From an uncultured Trueperella sp. (GTDB taxonomy: Bacteria; Actinomycetota; Actinomycetes; Actinomycetales; Actinomycetaceae), in NCBI GenBank assembly GCA_964344395.1, contig CAYFNA010000001.1, positions 5,410-69,409 of the forward strand: 64,000 bases of DNA, given 5' to 3'. Of the stretch, positions 1 through 9,118 are shown one piece after another (position 1 is the stretch's first letter; every line of letters begins with the position of its first letter). The notes under the pieces were generated by a model that worked only from the letters and a program-made list of their open reading frames with translations, ran no database searches and was not told the DNA's origin. Made by a program: the position numbers and the translations under genes.

Positions 1-132
1 CGGGTTGGCCAGTGGCCACACCGTGCGCGTTATCACAGGGTAGTCTACGCGTTTCTGCACAATATTTTGCAGTTGTTCGCCGTGCTTCGATTGCTCCGGC
101 CCTCACCAGCGCATTTCAGGTACCGTAGAGCC

Positions 133-858
133 ATGATTTTCTTGCGCAACTCACAGACGTATCTCGAGGCGAACACCTATATTGTTGCCGACGACGACGC
201 GAAGGAAGCCCTCGTCGTCGACACGGGTGCTGGCTCGCACGCGTGGGTCCCGGAGGCACTGGAATCGCGCGGACTCACCCTCGGCGCCGTCCTCCTCACC
301 CACGGGCACGCCGATCACGTGTGGGACGTTGCGACGGTTGCGGGGGATGCGCCCGTCTATCTCCCGGCGCCTGACATGTACCGAATGGAGAACCCGATTG
401 GCATGGCGCCCGCGGATCCCACGCGGGACCTCGTTCTTTCTCGTCTCGGATTCCAACCGTGGTCCAAGCCTCATGACCTGCGTGAGCTACCTGCTGAGAT
501 GCTTTCAGGGCCGTTTGAAATCGTCACTGGCATCACGATGCGCGCCGTGCCCGCTCCCGGCCATACAGAAGGCTCCACCATCTTCCTGCTCGAGGGCGAT
601 CCAACGCCGGACCGGGAAGGTGCCATGATGAGCACCGGCCGTGCGGAACGGATCATGCTTGCGGGAGACGTCCTGTTTAACAACGGCGTGGGGCGCACGG
701 ATCTTCCCGGAGGGGATGAGGAGAAGATGGCTGCGACCTTGCGCCTCCTCGTCCAAATCATCAAACCCGAAACGTACGTGTTCCCCGGGCACGGCCCACA
801 CACCACCATGTTCCACGAGGTGCGCCACAACGCGTTTTTACACCACGCGATGAGCTAA
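133..858 (+). CDS. MBL-fold metallo-hydrolase (glyoxalase II-like)
   Basis: THGHADHVWD metal-binding motif plus downstream His/Asp ligands (PGHTEGS, GDVLF, PGHGP). It sits directly upstream of hisS, as the glyoxalase II homologue does in mycobacteria. The ORF opens at 67, but the internal ATG at 133 (MIFLRNS...) gives a typical length. Confidence 0.8.
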   Translation: MIFLRNSQTYLEANTYIVADDDAKEALVVDTGAGSHAWVPEALESRGLTLGAVLLTHGHADHVWDVATVAGDAPVYLPAPDMYRMENPIGMAPADPTRDLVLSRLGFQPWSKPHDLRELPAEMLSGPFEIVTGITMRAVPAPGHTEGSTIFLLEGDPTPDREGAMMSTGRAERIMLAGDVLFNNGVGRTDLPGGDEEKMAATLRLLVQIIKPETYVFPGHGPHTTMFHEVRHNAFLHHAMS

Positions 859-906
859 ACACTCGCTGATTCGGCGGATTACCGCCAGAGGTGGAACAAT
901 AGGCCC

Positions 907-2259
907 ATGGTAAAAATCGCACCTATCTCCGGATTTCCCGAATGGCTCCCTGCTGGACGCATCGTCGAACAGCGCATGATTGATCTCCTTCGCGAGACAT
1001 TTGAGCTCAACGGATTCTCCGGAATCGAAACGCGCGCCGTTGAACCGGTTGAGCGCCTCCTGTCCAAGGGCGAGACGTCCAAAGAGATCTACTTGCTGCG
1101 CCGCCTTCAAGACGAGGCGGGCGCCGATTCCGAGCTCGGGCTCCACTTCGACCTGACAGTCCCGCTTGCGCGCTACGTGCTGGAAAACTCCGGGCACCTC
1201 GACTTCCCGTTCCGCCGCTACCAGATTCAAAAGGTCTGGCGCGGTGAGCGCCCGCAAGATGGCCGCTTCCGCGAGTTCTTGCAGGCGGACGTCGACGTCG
1301 TCGGGCAGGACACGCTCGCATTCCACCACGAAATCGAACTTCCGCTCGTCATGGTTGATGCCCTGTCGAAGCTGCCCATCCCACGAGTGACGATCCAGGC
1401 GTCCACCCGCAAGGTCGCCCACCGTTTCTACGAGGCAATCGGCATCGAGGACGTCGATGAAACACTGCGAATCATGGACAAACTCGACAAGGTCGGTCCT
1501 AAGGCCATCATCGAGATGCTGTCCGACGGCGTGGGAGCCAGTGACGATCAGGCCCACCTCGCGCTCGAGCTTGCGGAGATTTCAGGTGACGACGCCGGCG
1601 TGGCCGATCGCGTCCTCGCCCTCGGCCACCGCTCGGAGTTGCTTGACCAGGGTCTTGAGGAGCTCGTGGCTCTCGTGGAGGGCGCCAACGAGCTCATTCC
1701 TGGATCGCTGAGCGCCGATCTTCGAATTGCTCGCGGTCTCGACTACTACACGGGTTCGGTCTACGAATCCACGCTCGAAGGTCACGAGGATCTGGGCTCG
1801 GTGTGTTCGGGCGGGCGTTACGATTCGCTCGTCTCAGATGGTCGTAAGACGTACCCCGGCGTCGGACTTTCGATTGGCGTCTCGCGCATTCTCGCGCGCG
1901 TTATTGGTCAGGACCTCGTCACGCCGTCGCGCAAGGTTCCAACCACCGTGCTCGTGGCGGTCAACGACGAGGGAGAACGCCGCCACGCGGAAAAGACCGC
2001 TCAGAGCCTGCGGCGCCGTGGCATTAGCGCAGAGGTGTCGCCGAACTCGGCAAAGTTTGGCAAGCAAATTCGATACGCGGACCGCCGCGGCATCCCCTTC
2101 GTCTGGTTCTCAATGGACGAGGGGGAGCAGGTCAAGGACATCCGCTCTGGCGACCAGGTTGCGGCCGATCCGAGCGCGTGGATGCCACCGGCTGAGGATC
2201 TGACGCCCGAACTGCGCGCTCCCGTCGAGCCAAACCGCTCAGGGGATGCCCATGAGTGA
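907..2259 (+). CDS. hisS: histidine--tRNA ligase
   Basis: Class II aaRS motifs: YQIQKVWRGERPQDGRFREFLQ (motif 2) and GGRYDSL (motif 3). C-terminal anticodon-binding domain; 450 aa. Confidence 0.95.
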   Translation: MVKIAPISGFPEWLPAGRIVEQRMIDLLRETFELNGFSGIETRAVEPVERLLSKGETSKEIYLLRRLQDEAGADSELGLHFDLTVPLARYVLENSGHLDFPFRRYQIQKVWRGERPQDGRFREFLQADVDVVGQDTLAFHHEIELPLVMVDALSKLPIPRVTIQASTRKVAHRFYEAIGIEDVDETLRIMDKLDKVGPKAIIEMLSDGVGASDDQAHLALELAEISGDDAGVADRVLALGHRSELLDQGLEELVALVEGANELIPGSLSADLRIARGLDYYTGSVYESTLEGHEDLGSVCSGGRYDSLVSDGRKTYPGVGLSIGVSRILARVIGQDLVTPSRKVPTTVLVAVNDEGERRHAEKTAQSLRRRGISAEVSPNSAKFGKQIRYADRRGIPFVWFSMDEGEQVKDIRSGDQVAADPSAWMPPAEDLTPELRAPVEPNRSGDAHE

Positions 2260-3994
2260 GGAACTGAGTACACCCACCTCGCGAGTTGGTCAGGTGCTTC
2301 GGCCTTTCCGCCAAGCGCTGGCCAATCTTCGCTTCCCACTTGAGGTGAGCGGTGCTGGGGACGCGGCACTGACGTATCAGGACGTCCTTAATCAGCTCGA
2401 TGACTACGTGATCCCGCGATATGACTCGCTCGAGGCCCCGCTGTTGGCGGTCTTCGGCGGATCGACGGGTGCCGGTAAATCCACGCTGATTAACTCCATC
2501 GTGGGTGAGGTCGTGGCGCTTGCCTCTGCCATCAGGCCGACGACGCGCCGGCCGCTACTTCTCTACAACCCCGCCGACGAGGGCTGGTTTACCGACCAGC
2601 GCATCTTCCCGAACCTCGCGCGAGTCACCTCGCACGGCCCAAGCGATCTTGGATCGACCGGACAAGCCGGAGACGAGCTCGAGGTTCGCGGAACCGACCT
2701 CGTTCCACGCGGCATCGCCCTGCTAGATTCACCCGACATCGATTCCGTGGTGGTGGAGAACCGTCAGCTCGCCGCTCAGTTCCTGGCAGCCGCCGACCTG
2801 TGGGTGTTCGTCACCACCGCCGCCCGCTACGGAGACGCGATTCCCTGGGCGATGCTCGATGACGCGGCTGAGCGCAACGTCGTCGTCGCTATTATCCTCA
2901 ACCGGGTGCCGGCGGGAACCGGCGCTGAGGTGCGGGCCGATCTCGATCGCCTGCTCGCCGAACGCGGGCTCGAACACGCGCCGCTGTTCATGCTGTCCGA
3001 GCAGCAGCTCGACGCCGAGGGGCGGGTAGCGGCCGACGACGTGGCGCCGATTCGGGGCTGGCTCGAGGGCCTGGCGGCGGACGCTGCCGTGCGAGCCTCG
3101 GTGGCGCGGCAAACGCTCAGCGGAACCGTCAACGCACTCGTCAGCAACGGCGAATACATGCTGACCAGCTACGACGAACAGATCGCTGGCGTTGATTCGC
3201 TGCGCTGGGACATCAACTCGGCCTTCGAACAGGCGCTGGACAACGTTGCGCGGGACGTCTCTGACGGAACGATGCTGCGCGGCGAGGTGCTCGCTCGCTG
3301 GCAGGACGTCGTCGGAACAGGGGAGTGGGCGCGAAAGCTCGAACAGGGCGTCTCCACGATCCGTGACAAGATTTCCGGATTCTTCCGCGCCACCGTGGAT
3401 ACCGCGCCGGTCGAGGTTGCCATCGAGGAGAACCTGCACACGCTCATCATGGGAGAGGCGGAGCAGGCGAATGCGCGCGTCAAAGACGCGTGGAGCCACG
3501 GCATCGCCTCCGACCTCGTGGCCAGCGCGCGAGAGAACCTCAGATCCACCCAGGAGCGCAGCGAGGAAGCCGCGCGCCTTGTGCGAGAGTGGCAGACCGA
3601 TCTCATCTCGATGATCCGCGCCGAGGGCGAGAGCAAGCGGATGACGGCCCGAGCTCTGGCGTTCAGCGTCAATGCCGTGGGCACGGCGCTCATCATCGTT
3701 GTGTTCGCCTCAACCGGCGGGCTCATGGGCGGCGAGGTCGCGGTTGCGGGCGGAACGGCCGTCGTGGCACAGCGCGTGCTCGAAGCCGTCTTCGGCGACG
3801 ACGCCGTGCGCCGGATGGCCGCGCAGGCACGCGATGGCCTTCAAGAGCGCGTCGTGCAGTTCCTCGCTGAGGATAAGAACGTGTGGCTCACAGCGATTGA
3901 TGGCTTGGGCGTGAACCACGAATTGCGCGGCGAATACGCGAACGCGCTGAGCGACCTGATCGATGCCAGACATGTAGATGGGAGGTCACTGTGA
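2246..3994 (+). CDS. putative dynamin-like / P-loop GTPase, first of a tandem pair
   Basis: P-loop GGSTGAGKSTLINSIVG, LLDSPDIDS (G3-like), ILNRVP (G4-like). Long helical C-terminal region with one hydrophobic segment (ALAFSVNAVGTALIIVVFASTGGLMGG). The start could instead be the ATG at 2252. Confidence 0.7.
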   Translation: MPMSEELSTPTSRVGQVLRPFRQALANLRFPLEVSGAGDAALTYQDVLNQLDDYVIPRYDSLEAPLLAVFGGSTGAGKSTLINSIVGEVVALASAIRPTTRRPLLLYNPADEGWFTDQRIFPNLARVTSHGPSDLGSTGQAGDELEVRGTDLVPRGIALLDSPDIDSVVVENRQLAAQFLAAADLWVFVTTAARYGDAIPWAMLDDAAERNVVVAIILNRVPAGTGAEVRADLDRLLAERGLEHAPLFMLSEQQLDAEGRVAADDVAPIRGWLEGLAADAAVRASVARQTLSGTVNALVSNGEYMLTSYDEQIAGVDSLRWDINSAFEQALDNVARDVSDGTMLRGEVLARWQDVVGTGEWARKLEQGVSTIRDKISGFFRATVDTAPVEVAIEENLHTLIMGEAEQANARVKDAWSHGIASDLVASARENLRSTQERSEEAARLVREWQTDLISMIRAEGESKRMTARALAFSVNAVGTALIIVVFASTGGLMGGEVAVAGGTAVVAQRVLEAVFGDDAVRRMAAQARDGLQERVVQFLAEDKNVWLTAIDGLGVNHELRGEYANALSDLIDARHVDGRSL

Positions 3995-5559
3995 GTTTGA
4001 CCAAAGGCATTGGCGATCTGCAGGCCGCGCTGGACATCGGCGCGAAGCGCATGCCAGACCTTCTCGGCGAATCCACCGCAATTTTGGACAAGGCGGTCGA
4101 GCGCCGATCGCTCGGCGCCGATGTGACGATCGTGGCCCTTGCGGGATCGACAGGCGCCGGCAAATCGTCGTTGCTCAACGCGTTGGTGGGCCGGCAGATT
4201 GCGCGAGCGAGCGCGATGAGACCGACGACGTCGGAGGCGCTTGCCGTGACGAATGCCCAGGCGGCCGACGTGCTCGACTGGCTTGAGATCCACGAACGCC
4301 ACGAGGCTGACCTCACCGCCGCGGGCGGGATGGTGCTCATTGACTTGCCCGATATCGATTCCACGGAGTTTATGCACCGGGAGACGGCGAAGAAGCTGAC
4401 CTCGCTCGTGGACGTCGTCGTGTGGGTTCTTGATCCGCAAAAGTACGCCGACGCCGTGGTGCACGAGGACTATCTATCGAATCTGGCCGAACACGCGGCC
4501 ACGACGATCGTGGTGCTCAATCAAGCGGACCGCTTGGACGATGAGACCCTGACGAACGTTGTGAGCGACGCCGAGAGGCTCATGCGCGAGGACGGCCTCG
4601 AGGTCGAAGTCATCCCGACATCGGCGGTCACTGGCCGCGGGCTCGTGAAACTGTGGGAGCGCCTGGACCGAATCGTCGAAGACAAGTCCGCAGCCGATGA
4701 GCGTCTGGCGGCCGATATTCGCACCGCTGGTCGCAACATGATTGGCGGCATTCACACTCGCGGAGGCAAAAAGCCTGGCCAAGCGACGGATCCGGACTTC
4801 ACCCCCGTGGCAGCCGCGCTGGCTAAGGCCGGCGGCGCCGACGTCGTCGCTGATGCCGCCGCCGGCTCGTACACGAAGCGGGCTCGGGCGGCGAGCGGCT
4901 GGCCGGTCACGCGTTGGCTCGCGCAGCGCAAGATTGATCCGCTCAAGCGATTGCGCCTAGACGGGGATCGAGCGCAGGTGACGGGTACGAGTGAGTACGT
5001 GTCACCCGCGCTGGTGACTGCTGCGCAGGGCAGTGTGCGAGACTACGTCGACGAATCGACGGCGCACATGCCGCGCGAGTGGGCGCGAGATGTGCAGAGC
5101 GAGATGGGCGAGCGGGCCGAACGCTTCTTGACCGGGATTGACCGCGTGGTGAGCGGCGTCGATGTTGAAGCCAAGCGCCGGCCGGCGTGGTGGTTCGTGT
5201 TCAATCTTTTGCAGTGGCTCGCCCTCATCGTGGCGATCGTGGGTGGCGTGTGGCTGCTGCTCCTCATCCTCGCTGACACGCTCAAGCTCCAGCTCGGCGA
5301 GCCTCCCGCGTGGGGCATTTTCCCTGCGCCCACGATCATGCTGGTTGGCGGCCTGTTACTTGGCTGGCTACTGGCGGCCATTGGGCGAACTTTGGCAGGA
5401 GCCGGCGCGAACCGGACGCGCGAGAGGGTGCGGCGGCGCCTCACGACGGCGATCGGCGATGAGGCGAGGGCGGAACTCCTTACTCCGCTAGAGGAGGAAC
5501 GCGCCACCTATGCGAAATTCTTCGACCTGCTCGGATCGCTGGCACGCGCCGCGTCCTAG
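3991..5559 (+). CDS. putative dynamin-like / P-loop GTPase, membrane-anchored, second of the pair
   Basis: P-loop GSTGAGKSSLLNALVG, LIDLPDIDS, VLNQADR. Two predicted TM helices near the C-terminus (WWFVFNLLQWLALIVAIVGGVWLLLLIL and FPAPTIMLVGGLLLGWLLAAIG). The start overlaps the upstream stop (GTGA). Confidence 0.7.
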   Translation: MSLTKGIGDLQAALDIGAKRMPDLLGESTAILDKAVERRSLGADVTIVALAGSTGAGKSSLLNALVGRQIARASAMRPTTSEALAVTNAQAADVLDWLEIHERHEADLTAAGGMVLIDLPDIDSTEFMHRETAKKLTSLVDVVVWVLDPQKYADAVVHEDYLSNLAEHAATTIVVLNQADRLDDETLTNVVSDAERLMREDGLEVEVIPTSAVTGRGLVKLWERLDRIVEDKSAADERLAADIRTAGRNMIGGIHTRGGKKPGQATDPDFTPVAAALAKAGGADVVADAAAGSYTKRARAASGWPVTRWLAQRKIDPLKRLRLDGDRAQVTGTSEYVSPALVTAAQGSVRDYVDESTAHMPREWARDVQSEMGERAERFLTGIDRVVSGVDVEAKRRPAWWFVFNLLQWLALIVAIVGGVWLLLLILADTLKLQLGEPPAWGIFPAPTIMLVGGLLLGWLLAAIGRTLAGAGANRTRERVRRRLTTAIGDEARAELLTPLEEERATYAKFFDLLGSLARAAS

Positions 5560-5584
5560 TCCGACCAGATCGCCGAGCACAACG

Positions 5585-5621
5585 AGCGGGCGGGCCGATG
5601 CATGGGCATGGCCCGCCCGCT
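5585..5621. terminator. bidirectional hairpin terminator between convergent genes
   Basis: Perfect 12-bp inverted repeat AGCGGGCGGGCC (5585-5596) / GGCCCGCCCGCT (5610-5621). It lies between the stop of the GTPase gene and the stop of the DEAD-box helicase gene. Confidence 0.6.
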
Positions 5622-5639
5622 GTGTTAGGTGATAGATCG

Positions 5640-7445
5640 TTAGCGGAAGTTACGCGGCTTTCGGCCGGGCTTCCCACGGCGTCCAGACCTGCGATCGCCG
5701 CGACCCTCACCAAAGCGGCGGCCAGAGCGCTGCTCGTCGCCAAACTTGCGGTCCGCGCGGTACTTGCGGTGGGCGCGGTCGTCGGATTGGCGCGGGCCCG
5801 TGTCACGCGAAATGTTGAGATTGCGGCCGGAGACTCGAGCGTTGGAGATCTTCTTCTGGGTGCCGGCGTCGATCTCGCGATCGATCTCGACCAGCGAGAA
5901 GGTCGGGTAGATATCGATGCGGCCGAGCTGCGAGCCGGTCAGCCCGCCCTCGCCGGTCAGTGCGCCGACGATGGCGCCGGGGGAGACGCCGTCGCGGCGG
6001 CCCACCTCAACGCGGTACATCGTGCCATCGCCCTCGAAGGTGCGCGGCTTGTTCTTCGCGCGGCGATCACCCTTGCCGCGGCGCTCGCCCCTGTCCTCGA
6101 AGGACACGGTCAGGCGTTCAGGCTCGTCGTCGGCCTGCGGACCCGGATCGCGCACGCCCAACGCGAGGAGCGCGGCAATGAGGTCTTCGGGAGACATGCC
6201 CTTTTCGCCCTGGAGCTGCTCGGTGCGGAACTCGTCGATGACCTCGCGATAGACGGACAGTCGGCCAGCCTCGTAACGAACCTTCGCCTGCTCAACGAGT
6301 TTGCGAGCACGCAGCCTGGAGACCTCGGCGGGAGTCGGGAGCTCCACTTGGCTCAGGTGTGCGCCGGTAATCTGCTCGATGCGGCGTAGGCGCGAGCGCT
6401 CCTTTGGAGTCACGAAGGTCAGCGATGTTCCTTCGCGTCCGGCGCGGCCGGTACGGCCAATGCGGTGAACGTAGGTCTCAGCTTCGCGCGGCACATCGTA
6501 GTTGACCACGAGGCCGATGCGTTCCACGTCGAGGCCGCGGGCGGCCACGTCGGTGGCCACGAGCACGTCGAGCGTGCCAGAGCGCAGGCGCTCCACGAGC
6601 TTTTCGCGATCACGCTGCTGGACGTCGCCAGAGAGCGTCGCGGCATGCACGCCACGCGTGGTCAGTTCGATCGCCAGGTCCTCGGCCGTGGCGCGCGTGC
6701 GCACGAACACGAGCGCGGCGTCGGCCACCGTCGTCGCCAAAACGCGGGCAAGCGCGCCGATCTTGTGACGCGAGGGGACGACGGCGAACGTCTGCGTAAT
6801 CGTGCCGATCGTCGATGACGGAGGTGTCACGGTAATCTCCACCGGATCCGTCATGTGATTGCGCGCGACGTTGCGAATCTGCTTGGGCATCGTGGCGGAA
6901 AACAGTGCGGTGATGCGCTCGCTGGGAAGATCCGAGGCGATCTTCTCCACGTCCTCGGCAAAGCCCATACGAAGCATCTCGTCGGCCTCATCGAGAACGA
7001 AGTAACGCACGCCGCCGAGCTTGAGCGCCCCGCGGTCTATGAGATCCATGATGCGGCCGGGGGTTCCGACGACGACCTGAGCGCCGTCGCGAATCTTGCC
7101 AATCTGCGGGCCATAGGGCGAGCCGCCGTAGACGGCCACAACGCGCAGACCCGTGGTCTGGGACGCGAATTCGTCAATCGCTTCGGCGCCCTGAACGGCA
7201 AGTTCGCGGGTCGGAGCGAGCACGAGCGCCTGAACCTGCTGGAGGTCCGGATCCACGTGCGTAATCATTGGCAGGGCGAACGCGGCGGTCTTTCCCGTGC
7301 CAGTTTGGGCGACGCCCACGACGTCGCGCCCCTCAAGCAGCGGCGGAATGGCCTCTGCCTGAATGGGTGTTGGAGTTTCGTAGCCCATCGCTGAGATGGC
7401 GGACAAAATGTTTTCGGGCAGATTGAGCCCAGAAAAAGTAGTCAT
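5640..7445 (-). CDS. DEAD-box ATP-dependent RNA helicase (DeaD/CsdA-like)
   Basis: Q-motif TPIQ, AQTGTGKT, VLDEADEML, SAT, HRIGRTGRAG. DbpA-like domain and an Arg/Gly-rich C-terminal tail. Confidence 0.95.
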   Translation of the reverse strand: MTTFSGLNLPENILSAISAMGYETPTPIQAEAIPPLLEGRDVVGVAQTGTGKTAAFALPMITHVDPDLQQVQALVLAPTRELAVQGAEAIDEFASQTTGLRVVAVYGGSPYGPQIGKIRDGAQVVVGTPGRIMDLIDRGALKLGGVRYFVLDEADEMLRMGFAEDVEKIASDLPSERITALFSATMPKQIRNVARNHMTDPVEITVTPPSSTIGTITQTFAVVPSRHKIGALARVLATTVADAALVFVRTRATAEDLAIELTTRGVHAATLSGDVQQRDREKLVERLRSGTLDVLVATDVAARGLDVERIGLVVNYDVPREAETYVHRIGRTGRAGREGTSLTFVTPKERSRLRRIEQITGAHLSQVELPTPAEVSRLRARKLVEQAKVRYEAGRLSVYREVIDEFRTEQLQGEKGMSPEDLIAALLALGVRDPGPQADDEPERLTVSFEDRGERRGKGDRRAKNKPRTFEGDGTMYRVEVGRRDGVSPGAIVGALTGEGGLTGSQLGRIDIYPTFSLVEIDREIDAGTQKKISNARVSGRNLNISRDTGPRQSDDRAHRKYRADRKFGDEQRSGRRFGEGRGDRRSGRRGKPGRKPRNFR

Positions 7446-7559
7446 AATACCTAAGTGGTGTGGCGGCCCTCGGCCGCGATAGTGAATGGCGCCCGTGCGC
7501 CGCTTAACACATCACAACACAAACGGCATGGGCCCGGCGCCTTGCGCGCCTCTGGAAGT

Positions 7560-8963
7560 CTACTGTGTCGAATCGCTGGTGGGCAGGTGTTCTGGCGTGA
7601 CTTCAAGCACCCGCTTCGTCACCCATAGGCCAGCGGCAAGCACGAGGCACATGGCCGCGATCACGACGACGAAGGCCACGTGGTCAAGCGCGAATGCTGC
7701 GGCAAACAGGATGCCCGCCCACGCCACGAGGAGGGCGCCGCCCATCGTATCCGCGAGGGAGAGCGCCGAGGAGGTCATGCCATGGCGCTCCGGTGGGGTG
7801 ATGCCGAGCCCATGAACGGTTAGTGCGGGGTAGACGATGCCAATACCAAGGCCGGCGATGAGCCAGCCGGCGATGGCGACGACGCCGGGCACGGTGGGAA
7901 ACGCGGCGGGAATCGTCAGCGCAGTTCCAATGAGCTGAACGGCGGTGCCGACGATCGGCAGGAGCGTGCGCCCGGAGGGGGCTTCCACCTTGCCCTGAAT
8001 CCACGATCCCACGGCCCACGTGATCGAACCGGTGGTCATGATGAGGCCCGCCTGGGTGGGGGACCAGCCGTGGACTTCCTTGAGCATGAGCGGCAAGAAG
8101 ATCTCGGTGGCGATGAACGCGCCGTTGACGATGCCGCGCAGAAGGACCGTCGCCGGAAGCCCGGGACGGGAGCTCAGCGTGCCGGCGGGAAGGAGCGGGC
8201 GAACCAAGAAGAATGCGAGAGCTGAGAGCGCGACGACGACGGCGACGACCGGCCAACCAAAGCTGTCCCCGCGCATGCCCGAGAGAACCTGAATGCCAGC
8301 CAAGGCCACGCCCGTCGTCGCGCCAAAGAACACCACACGGCGGTGGCGGCCGAAGGGCAGAGGCGGGTGAAGATCTGGGAACTTCCGGAACTGGACGATG
8401 AACATCGGCAGGATGAGCAAGATGAGCAGTGGCACGATGCCAAAGACGAGGCGCCAGTTGAGGTGCTCGACGAAGAAGCCCGCCACGAACGGTCCAATGA
8501 GGGAAGGGACCACCCACGCGGCGGAGAACCAAGCAAAGATCTTTGGCTGGCGTTCTGGTGCGACGTAATTGCCGACGAAGACGTAAAGAGGGACGATCAT
8601 GAGACCGCCGCCCAGGCCCTGAATGGCGCGGCCGAGCACAATGACCTCGATGTATGGCGCGAACGTCGCGACCGTCAGTCCGAGCACAAATAGGCCGAGT
8701 CCGGTGTAGAGAGAGGGCTTGGGGCCCTTGGCGTCCGTCCACGGTCCGGCAAGTGCGGTGGTCATGAGCTGGGTGGCCAGAGCCACTCCAGCGGCGAGCG
8801 CATACAGGTGCTGGCCATCAAGGAATTCGACGACGAACGGCATAGCTGTGGCCACAGCGAGCGTTTCGAACGCCACCAGACTGATGAGGGCCACTGCGAG
8901 AATGGTCAGCCACTGTTCGAGGCTCCTGCTGATGCGCTGCTTCTTTTGACGACGTTCTCTCAC
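7560..8963 (-). CDS. MFS transporter
   Basis: About 12-14 hydrophobic helices throughout, with typical MFS loop patterns. The ORF extends to 9074, but that extension is Arg/Thr-rich and non-membrane. The GTG at 8963 (VRERRQKK... before TM1) was chosen; the start is uncertain. Confidence 0.8.
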   Translation of the reverse strand: MRERRQKKQRISRSLEQWLTILAVALISLVAFETLAVATAMPFVVEFLDGQHLYALAAGVALATQLMTTALAGPWTDAKGPKPSLYTGLGLFVLGLTVATFAPYIEVIVLGRAIQGLGGGLMIVPLYVFVGNYVAPERQPKIFAWFSAAWVVPSLIGPFVAGFFVEHLNWRLVFGIVPLLILLILPMFIVQFRKFPDLHPPLPFGRHRRVVFFGATTGVALAGIQVLSGMRGDSFGWPVVAVVVALSALAFFLVRPLLPAGTLSSRPGLPATVLLRGIVNGAFIATEIFLPLMLKEVHGWSPTQAGLIMTTGSITWAVGSWIQGKVEAPSGRTLLPIVGTAVQLIGTALTIPAAFPTVPGVVAIAGWLIAGLGIGIVYPALTVHGLGITPPERHGMTSSALSLADTMGGALLVAWAGILFAAAFALDHVAFVVVIAAMCLVLAAGLWVTKRVLEVTPEHLPTSDSTQ

Positions 8964-9118
8964 GCAAGAATCTTGCCACACAGTGTTGGAAACGCAACTA
9001 TCGCGCAGTGTGATCTTTGTGCGGGTGGCACGTAGAGTGAATTGCGTGCCTGCCGCCCGTCTCGCGGTTGGCATCGCCCGCTCGTCTCGCGGGTGTCACG
9101 ATGAAGAAAGAGGTAAGA

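Noticed and set aside
53-70. Imperfect 18-nt palindrome CTGCAcAATATTtTGCAG upstream of the MBL hydrolase gene
   Set aside because: It is a single occurrence at the window edge, imperfect, with no matching regulator nearby. It could equally be an AT-rich promoter segment.
9018-9038. TGTGCGGG-N7-TAGAGT in the MFS/aspS divergent region, superficially like the PafBC motif
   Set aside because: The core is TGTGCG rather than TGTCRG and the spacing is one nt short. TAGAGT is more simply read as the aspS -10 element.
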